A stretch of 64,000 bases of DNA from Erysipelotrichaceae bacterium (GTDB lineage: Bacteria; Bacillota_I; Bacilli_A; RFN20; CAG-826), in the NCBI GenBank assembly GCA_015059065.1, contig SVBE01000006.1, positions 4,412 through 68,411 on the forward strand, written 5' to 3'. The first letter of the stretch is position 1. Each line of letters opens with the position of its first letter. The notes under the pieces were generated by a model, which saw only the letters and a list, made by a program, of their open reading frames with translations, was not told the DNA's origin and did not search any database. A program made the position numbers and the translations under genes. Of this stretch, positions 57,921 through 64,000 are shown one piece after another.

Positions 57921-58006
57921 AAATATACAAAAAAATAATTGTTTCAATTTTTAGTATCACAAATAAAGATAACTTTGTTATATTTATATTAATAGAGGTA
58001 CTTTTT

Positions 58007-58966
58007 ATGGTAAAAAGAATTGCAGTTTTAACTAGCGGCGGCGATGCCCCAGGCATGAACGCGGCTTTACGTAGCGTTATCCGCGCTGGTTTATATCATG
58101 GCAAAGAAATGTACGTGATTTATGATGGATATCGCGGTCTTCTTGAAGGCGATATTCAACAAGTGAACAAGGACTTCACAAGCGACATCATCAACCGTGG
58201 CGGTACAATCATCCGTTCCGCTCGTGTTCCAGAAATGAAAGAAGAAGCCACACAAAAGAAATGTGCGCAAATCTTAGCGGACTATGAAATCGATGCTTTA
58301 ATCGGTATCGGTGGCGATGGTACATATCGCGGACTTGCTGCCCTTCATAAACAAGGTGTTAAAGTCGTCGGTATTCCAGGCACAATCGATAACGACGTTG
58401 GCTCCACTGAAGAAACTATTGGTTTCTCCACTGCTCTCAACACCATCTGTGATTGTGTTGATAAACTCAAAGATACCTCTGGTTCACATCAACGTTGTTC
58501 TTTAATTGAAGTTATGGGCCGTGACTGTGGTGACCTTGCAATGTATGCTGCTTTAGCAGAAGGTGCTGAAGGTGTCATCTGTGTTGAACACCCACTTCAC
58601 GAAGATAAATTATTTAGAAAATTAAGAAAGATGAAAGCGATGAACAAGAGCCACGCGATCATCCTCGTCTCCGAAAACTTATACGACATTAAAGAATTAG
58701 CCAAGAAAATTGAAGAAGCCACTGGCTTTGATACTAGAACAGAAGTTCTCGGTAGACTTCAAAGAGGTGGTTCCCCATCTGCCCATGACCGTATTCTTGC
58801 TGCAAGATATGGTGCATTAGCCGTACAAACTCTCGTCGATGGCGGCGGCGGAGTTGTGACAGCTTCTATCGGTGGCGAATACACCACTGTCCCAATTGAG
58901 GAAGCTGTGGAGATGAAACACCGTCACAAACATGGATTAAGAGACTTAATCGACATGTTACAATAA
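58007..58966 (+). CDS. pfkA: ATP-dependent 6-phosphofructokinase
   Basis: IAVLTSGGDAPGMNAA, GGDGT and PGTIDND motifs; 319 aa. Confidence 0.95.
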   Translation: MVKRIAVLTSGGDAPGMNAALRSVIRAGLYHGKEMYVIYDGYRGLLEGDIQQVNKDFTSDIINRGGTIIRSARVPEMKEEATQKKCAQILADYEIDALIGIGGDGTYRGLAALHKQGVKVVGIPGTIDNDVGSTEETIGFSTALNTICDCVDKLKDTSGSHQRCSLIEVMGRDCGDLAMYAALAEGAEGVICVEHPLHEDKLFRKLRKMKAMNKSHAIILVSENLYDIKELAKKIEEATGFDTRTEVLGRLQRGGSPSAHDRILAARYGALAVQTLVDGGGGVVTASIGGEYTTVPIEEAVEMKHRHKHGLRDLIDMLQ

Positions 58967-59040
58967 TTATTTAAATTGAAAATTTATAATATAAATTATC
59001 AATAAGCCCGCTTTTGTATTGCGGAGGGAAGGAGAACTAT

Positions 59041-60816
59041 ATGAAAATACAAAACCATGATGGATCTATCGTTGAGATTGATAGATCGACAAAAGAAGCT
59101 TTTGAAGTGCTCAATCACTCCACTGCTCACCTTTTAGCGCAAGCCATTAAAGAATTATATCCAGATGCCAAATTTGGTATTGGCCCTGCCATTGATGAAG
59201 GTTTCTATTACGATATCGACTTTTCTAATCCAATCACTGATGAGGATTTAAAGGTCATCGAAAAGAAGATGAAAGAACTCGCGAGCAAAGATTATAAGAT
59301 TGTTCGTAAATTATTAAGTAAAGAAGAAGCCTTAGAAGTATTTAAAGATAATCCATATAAAGTGGAATTAATCGAAGGTATCAATGAAGATATCACCACT
59401 TTTGAACAAGGTGACTTCATCGACCTTTGTCGTGGACCACATCTTTTGTCCACTAATTTGATTCGCCACTTCAAATTATTATCTTTAGCAGGTGCCTATT
59501 GGAGAGGCAATAGCAAGAACAAACAATTAACAAGAATATACGGCACATCTTGGTATTCTCATGAAGAATTAGATAAATATCTAAAGATGCTTGAAGAAAG
59601 AAAGGCCAGAGATCACCGTATCCTCGGTAAACAACTCGGCATCTATATGTATGATGAATTAGTCGGTAAAGGTTTACCAATGTGGCTACCAAACGGCTTT
59701 ATCGTCCGTCGTTTATTAAGCGACTATATTATGGATAAAGAAATCGCGTTAGGTTATCAACACGTCCTCACCCCATGTTTAGGAAATGTGGAATTATATA
59801 AAACTTCTGGTCACTGGGCCCATTATCAAAAAGATATGTTCCCAAAAATGGATGTCGATAATGAATCCTATGTCCTTAGACCAATGAACTGCCCACATCA
59901 TATGGTGATGTATAGAAGCGCTCTCCACTCCTATAGAGAACTTCCTCTTAAAATTGCAGAAATTGCGGCAGATTTCCGTTTCGAAGCTTCTGGAGCTTTA
60001 ACTGGAATTGAAAGAACTAGAGCTTTCTATCAAAACGATTCCCATATCTTCTGTATGCCATCGCAAATCGGCGATGTCTTTAAAGAAGTCACCAAATTAA
60101 TCTTAGATGTCTATAACGACTTCGGATTCCACGATTATGAATTCCGTCTCTCTTTAAGAGATCCAAACGATGTCGAAAAATATTTCGGTAATGATGAATT
60201 ATGGGAAAAGAGTGAGAATCAATTACGTGAAGTTCTAAAAGAACTTGGTGTTGAATATTATGAAGCCATTGGCGAAGCGGCATTCTATGGTCCAAAATTA
60301 GATGTTCAAGTCAAATCGGCAATCGGTCACGATGTCACCTTATCCACCATTCAACTCGATTATCAACTTCCAGAAAGATTTGAACTCACCTATATTGATG
60401 AAAAAGGCGAAAAAGCTCGTCCAGTCGTTGTCCATAGAGCAATTTTAGGTTCGTTAGATAGATTTATCGCCTTCCTTCTCGAAGAGACTAAAGGCGCGTT
60501 CCCAACTTGGCTCGCTCCAACTCAGGTCAATGTCCTTCCTGTTAATAACGATGCCCATCTTGAATTCGCTAATAAGTTTGCTGACGAGCTCAGAGAACAC
60601 AAATTTAGAGTGAAGATCGATGATTCAAACGAGAAGCTTGGTTATCGTATGCGTTCCAGCCAAATCAATAAGATTCCATATACTATCGTTATCGGAGATA
60701 ACGAAAAGAACAACAATCAAGTCACTTACCGCAAATATGGTGAGAAGGAACAAATCACTGTTTCCGTTGAAGAATTCATCGCTTTATTAACCGATGTGAC
60801 GAAAAACAGAAAATAA
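59041..60816 (+). CDS. thrS: Threonyl-tRNA synthetase (N-terminally reduced; TGS domain essentially absent)
   Basis: Start at MKIQNHDG preceded by GGAGGGAAGGAG RBS. Editing-domain HxxxH (HSTAHLL), class II motifs and C-terminal anticodon-binding domain present; ~591 aa. Confidence 0.9.
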   Translation: MKIQNHDGSIVEIDRSTKEAFEVLNHSTAHLLAQAIKELYPDAKFGIGPAIDEGFYYDIDFSNPITDEDLKVIEKKMKELASKDYKIVRKLLSKEEALEVFKDNPYKVELIEGINEDITTFEQGDFIDLCRGPHLLSTNLIRHFKLLSLAGAYWRGNSKNKQLTRIYGTSWYSHEELDKYLKMLEERKARDHRILGKQLGIYMYDELVGKGLPMWLPNGFIVRRLLSDYIMDKEIALGYQHVLTPCLGNVELYKTSGHWAHYQKDMFPKMDVDNESYVLRPMNCPHHMVMYRSALHSYRELPLKIAEIAADFRFEASGALTGIERTRAFYQNDSHIFCMPSQIGDVFKEVTKLILDVYNDFGFHDYEFRLSLRDPNDVEKYFGNDELWEKSENQLREVLKELGVEYYEAIGEAAFYGPKLDVQVKSAIGHDVTLSTIQLDYQLPERFELTYIDEKGEKARPVVVHRAILGSLDRFIAFLLEETKGAFPTWLAPTQVNVLPVNNDAHLEFANKFADELREHKFRVKIDDSNEKLGYRMRSSQINKIPYTIVIGDNEKNNNQVTYRKYGEKEQITVSVEEFIALLTDVTKNRK

Positions 60817-60879
60817 TACAAATTATATTTGACTACTTATCATCACTTTGATAAGATTATCTCGCAAATAAAGGTAGAA

Positions 60880-60990
60880 AGTAGAACACCCGCTTCTCAC
60901 CAGATCGACTAATCGATTGGTAAATGCTACATCAAAGTATTTATACTGAGATATACGGGTGCGCTATTGCATCCGTTTTTGTTTAATAAA
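60880..60990 (+). promoter_or_regulatory. infC-rpmI-rplT leader with intrinsic attenuator (L20-leader-type autoregulation candidate)
   Basis: Hairpin cgggtgc-gctatt-gcatccg (60956..60976) followed by TTTTTGTTT immediately upstream of the infC RBS. This is the typical position of the L20-responsive attenuator in Firmicutes. Confidence 0.5.
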
Positions 60991-60998
60991 GTAAGGAG

Positions 60999-61550
60999 AT
61001 GATAACTATTTACGATCCTAATGCCGGCAAGAAGCCAAACAAAGAAAACAAAGATTTAGTCAATGAACTAGTTCGCTTCCCATCAGTCCGTTTAATCGGT
61101 CCTAATGGTGAACAACTTGGTATCATGTCTTCTCGTGAAGCCCAATTCAAGGCGAATCAATACGAGATGGACCTCTACTGTGTCTCACCAAATGCTGAGC
61201 CACCAGTGTGCAAAATCATCAATTACAGCAAGTTCCGCTTCGAACAGCAAAAGAAAGCTAAAGAAGCTAAGAAGAATCAACATGTTGTAACAACTAAAGA
61301 AGTACAACTCACTCCTCAAATCGGTGCCCATGACTTAGAAACTAAGGCAAAGAACGCAAGAAAGTTCCTTTCCGAAGGAAATAAAGTCAAAGTTGGCGTC
61401 AGATATAAAGGAAGACAGTTAAGTCACGTCGAAGTCGGTGAAGAAACGTTAAATAGATTTATCGCTTTATTAGAAGATGCTGCTAATATTGAAAAACCTG
61501 CGGCTTTAGATGGTCGTTGGTTAGTGGCGGTATTAGCACCCAAGAAATAG
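60999..61550 (+). CDS. infC: Translation initiation factor IF-3 (start codon uncertain; may use a non-AUG start a few codons downstream)
   Basis: VRLIGPNGEQLGIMS, IF3 N- and C-domains; the AAGGAG abuts the annotated ATG with no spacer, suggesting an ATA/ATT start downstream, which is common for infC. Confidence 0.85.
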   Translation: MITIYDPNAGKKPNKENKDLVNELVRFPSVRLIGPNGEQLGIMSSREAQFKANQYEMDLYCVSPNAEPPVCKIINYSKFRFEQQKKAKEAKKNQHVVTTKEVQLTPQIGAHDLETKAKNARKFLSEGNKVKVGVRYKGRQLSHVEVGEETLNRFIALLEDAANIEKPAALDGRWLVAVLAPKK

Positions 61551-61562
61551 GAGGAATGTATC

Positions 61563-61757
61563 ATGCCAAAAATGAAGAGCAAAAAGGCGCTTACTAAGAG
61601 AGTAAAAGTTACTGGTTCAGGCAAACTCGTGAGACATCACGCTCGTACTGGACACCGCGCCTATGGCAAAACCACAAAAGAAAAGAGACACTTAATGAAA
61701 CAAACTAGTGTCCATCCATCAGATGTCAAACGCATCAAGGATTTAATTCAACAATAG
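61563..61757 (+). CDS. rpmI: 50S ribosomal protein L35
   Basis: MPKMKSKKALTKRVKVTGSGKL...; RBS AGGAGG; 64 aa. Confidence 0.95.
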   Translation: MPKMKSKKALTKRVKVTGSGKLVRHHARTGHRAYGKTTKEKRHLMKQTSVHPSDVKRIKDLIQQ

Positions 61758-61771
61758 GAGGTAACTAGACA

Positions 61772-62131
61772 ATGGCAAGAGTAAAAGGTGGCACTGTCAC
61801 ACGTGCAAGAAGAAAAAGAGTTTTAAAACGTGCTAAAGGTTACTTCGGTAGCAAACACTTGTTATTCAAAACAGCAAAAGAACAAGTGATGCACTCACTT
61901 CAATACGCATATGTCTCTCGTAAAAACATCAAAAGAGACTATCGTAAATTATGGATTAGAAGAATCAACGCTGCTTGCAGAATGAATGATATCTCTTATT
62001 CCAGATTCATGAACGGATTAAAACTCGCCAACATTCAAGTTAACAGAAAAATGTTATCCGAATTAGCGATCAATGATCCAGCAGCCTTCACTTCCTTAGT
62101 GAACACTGCCAAAAAACAATTAAAGAAATAA
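61772..62131 (+). CDS. rplT: 50S ribosomal protein L20
   Basis: [28 protein letters not shown]...; RBS TAGGAGG; 119 aa. Confidence 0.95.
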   Translation: MARVKGGTVTRARRKRVLKRAKGYFGSKHLLFKTAKEQVMHSLQYAYVSRKNIKRDYRKLWIRRINAACRMNDISYSRFMNGLKLANIQVNRKMLSELAINDPAAFTSLVNTAKKQLKK

Positions 62132-62156
62132 GTAATTAATTGTCATCAAAATAAAG

Positions 62157-62181
62157 AAAGAGGCTTACGCCTCTTTTTTGA
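62157..62181 (+). terminator. Rho-independent terminator after rplT (agaggc-ttac-gcctct + TTTTTT)
   Basis: Perfect 6-bp GC-rich stem at 62159..62174 followed by a T6 run. Confidence 0.8.
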
Positions 62182-62204
62182 TTTGTTTTATTATGCCAAC
62201 CAAT

Positions 62205-63761
62205 CTACTCCCAAATAGTTGGGACCCCGTTAACAAAATGCCAAGAATTTGCTTGAGAACTATCAGAATATGCAAATACTTCGGTGTTTTCATCAATAAA
62301 ATGCAGCTGGTCATATATTCCGGAAGTACAATTATCAACCAGTTCATTCCACTCGTAAATAGTTCCTCCATAGAATATTTTTTCTAAGGTGTTTGGCTTA
62401 GAACCACTAGTTTTGTTTTTTCCGAGAAGAAATGGGTCTAAATAAGTAACGCTTGAAGGAATTACCATATTAACTATCCCAGTATCAATAAAATCGTTTG
62501 GATCAGTAAAGGATAAGCTAGTTTGTAAATGAGTTGCGTTGCAATCAAGTGGAAAAACAAGAGTTTTTAGATATTTATTCGATAACAAACTTCGGCAAAA
62601 ATTAAAGGATTGGTAATCTATATTTTTAATTGTATAAATGGCATCTTTTTTATTTTCAGGATACCATCGTAAAGAACTTCCCCATTTTTTAGAGCTATAA
62701 TAATAAACACCCTCATCAACAAATTGTGTTACCGACCCATAAGGAATAACTCTAGGATCTCCTTCGCCAACAAACTCAATCTCTTCTAATGAACCACAAC
62801 CATATGAATCTCCATCAATTATCGTTTTTGAAGATATTGTTATTTTTTCTAATTTTGAGCAATTATAAAAAGCATCCCTACTAATATGATCCAATAAAGA
62901 TTTATCTGATGCAGTAAACGATTCTAATGAACTGCAATTTGCAAATGAATAAGAATCAATTTGTCTAACAGAATCCGGTATTATTATTTTCTTTAGACGA
63001 CTGCCAGAGAAAGCGTATGAACCGATTTCTTGAATTGTTTCCGGCAAAACAATTTCTTCAACATCAAAGTTGCTAGGCAAAACAGTGTTATAGTCATTAA
63101 AGACTACTTGAACTTCTTTTCCATCGAAAATAGCGGGAACCACTACTTTTGGTCTAGAAGAACTAGCATTTTCAATACCAAAACCAAGATAATAAACTCC
63201 GCACAAAATGGCGACTGCTTTATTATTCAAAATACCTGTAGTAAATACTAAACCATTGGAATAATCGTCATACGTTACTACATTTGAGATATTACCAAGG
63301 TTTTTTACTGTGCCATCAGAAAAGGTAAAAATCAATTCTTGCTGACTATTATATGCTACCTGGATAATAGAAACGCCATCGGTTCCATCGGCACCTAATG
63401 CTTTTTTTCCAGTATCTTCTTCTCCGATCCACCAATTGTTATTGTCGCCTATATAAGGGGTTAAACCATTTTCACCTTTATCTCCAGTGTCACCTTTATC
63501 GCCCTTTTCACCTTTATCTCCAGTGTCACCTTTATCGCCTTTTTCACCTTTAATAGAATCTAACCACTCTTCGTAAGTCATCGTTCCACCATTAGATACA
63601 TAAAGTTCGTAAATTTGGTATATTTGCTTTTCTTCTTCATTGGTTGTTTCAGACAAACTACTAAAAGGTTCATCGCTTGAAAGTGACGAACTAATATTTG
63701 ATGTCCCACATCCGCTTAATACAAATAAAGATAAAGTTAACAAATTAATGCTTTTTTTCAT
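62205..63761 (-). CDS. Surface lipoprotein with collagen-like Gly-X-Y repeat and BspA-type leucine-rich repeat domain
   Basis: Signal peptide + lipobox (LSGCGT). Twelve consecutive GXY triplets (GDKGDTGDKGEKGDKGDTGDKGENG) encoded by repetitive DNA at ~63480..63560. C-terminal repeats with F..C..L..I.IP.SV..I...AF..C..L pattern typical of BspA-like LRR_5. Confidence 0.7.
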   Translation of the reverse strand: MKKSINLLTLSLFVLSGCGTSNISSSLSSDEPFSSLSETTNEEEKQIYQIYELYVSNGGTMTYEEWLDSIKGEKGDKGDTGDKGEKGDKGDTGDKGENGLTPYIGDNNNWWIGEEDTGKKALGADGTDGVSIIQVAYNSQQELIFTFSDGTVKNLGNISNVVTYDDYSNGLVFTTGILNNKAVAILCGVYYLGFGIENASSSRPKVVVPAIFDGKEVQVVFNDYNTVLPSNFDVEEIVLPETIQEIGSYAFSGSRLKKIIIPDSVRQIDSYSFANCSSLESFTASDKSLLDHISRDAFYNCSKLEKITISSKTIIDGDSYGCGSLEEIEFVGEGDPRVIPYGSVTQFVDEGVYYYSSKKWGSSLRWYPENKKDAIYTIKNIDYQSFNFCRSLLSNKYLKTLVFPLDCNATHLQTSLSFTDPNDFIDTGIVNMVIPSSVTYLDPFLLGKNKTSGSKPNTLEKIFYGGTIYEWNELVDNCTSGIYDQLHFIDENTEVFAYSDSSQANSWHFVNGVPTIWE

Positions 63762-63840
63762 ATCTCTTTTTCATTTTACTATTTAATCGCATATTCATAA
63801 AAGGGTATATTTCCCAATTAATACTAAATATTTATTAAAC

Positions 63841-64000
63841 TATTCTTCGATTATTTTTACTTCAACATTATTAAGGGCTTCATTAATCAGCTCTTCAAAG
63901 TTGAATTTATTTTCTAATTCCTTAGCCATTTCTAGATCAGGTGCAGTCTTTGGATTTTTTGGAGTAAATATCGTGCAGCAATCTTCATATGGTCTAATCG
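63841..64000 (-). CDS. Hypothetical protein, C-terminal fragment (gene continues beyond window end)
   Basis: Open minus-strand frame ending with stop (plus-strand cta at 63841..63843). Translation ...IRPYEDCCTIFTPKNPKTAPDLEMAKELENKFNFEELINEALNNVEVKIIEE*. Confidence 0.4.

Overview
This is an AT-rich, standard-genetic-code (TGA is a stop) bacterial chromosome segment. Its gene content looks like a Firmicutes/Mollicutes-related, probably wall-less or wall-reduced lineage: the division cluster is reduced to mraZ-rsmH-(FtsL-like)-ftsA-ftsZ with no peptidoglycan synthesis genes, and it carries the DnaD-type initiator and DnaI loader of the Firmicutes-type primosome (DnaI plus the B. subtilis-type DnaB membrane-attachment protein). 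Most of the window is densely packed housekeeping. On the minus strand: uvrC, mutS2, an ECF S-component, an RluD-family pseudouridine synthase, lspA, ileS with a T-box leader, ftsZ, ftsA, rsmH, mraZ, a YceD/DUF177-like gene, pheT, pheS, an Mrp/ApbC ATPase, a TrmH-family methylase, a DUF45 peptidase, a dimeric dUTPase, glgP, glgB, dnaI and a DnaD-domain initiator. On the plus strand: rnhC, a DUF523 gene, ackA, nrnA, dnaE, polA, a fused mutM-coaE, pfkA, thrS, and infC-rpmI-rplT behind an L20-leader-type attenuator. The standout feature is a 14.2 kb gene (1381..15546, minus strand) encoding a 4721-aa multidomain surface protein. It has an N-terminal signal/anchor, glycine-rich beta-solenoid repeats, two Listeria-Bacteroides (Flg_new) repeats, repeated beta-helix-like modules and a Cys cluster. 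About 30-45 near-identical 52-aa helical repeats follow, encoded as 156-bp DNA units. Then come three transmembrane helices and a roughly 600-aa C-terminal tail. The tail contains a tandemly duplicated module and ends in a domain clearly homologous to the C-terminal domain of ribosomal protein uL15. A TetR-family regulator with a candidate palindromic operator is divergently encoded next to this gene. Other notable items: a one-gene islet flanked by two copies of a ~55-nt terminator-like repeat next to tRNA-Arg(UCU); a 4x direct-repeat array in the mraZ promoter region; two consensus DnaA boxes plus a degenerate inverted box upstream of the dnaB/dnaI operon; a DnaI with a Walker-A Lys->Arg substitution; and a collagen-like/BspA-LRR lipoprotein.
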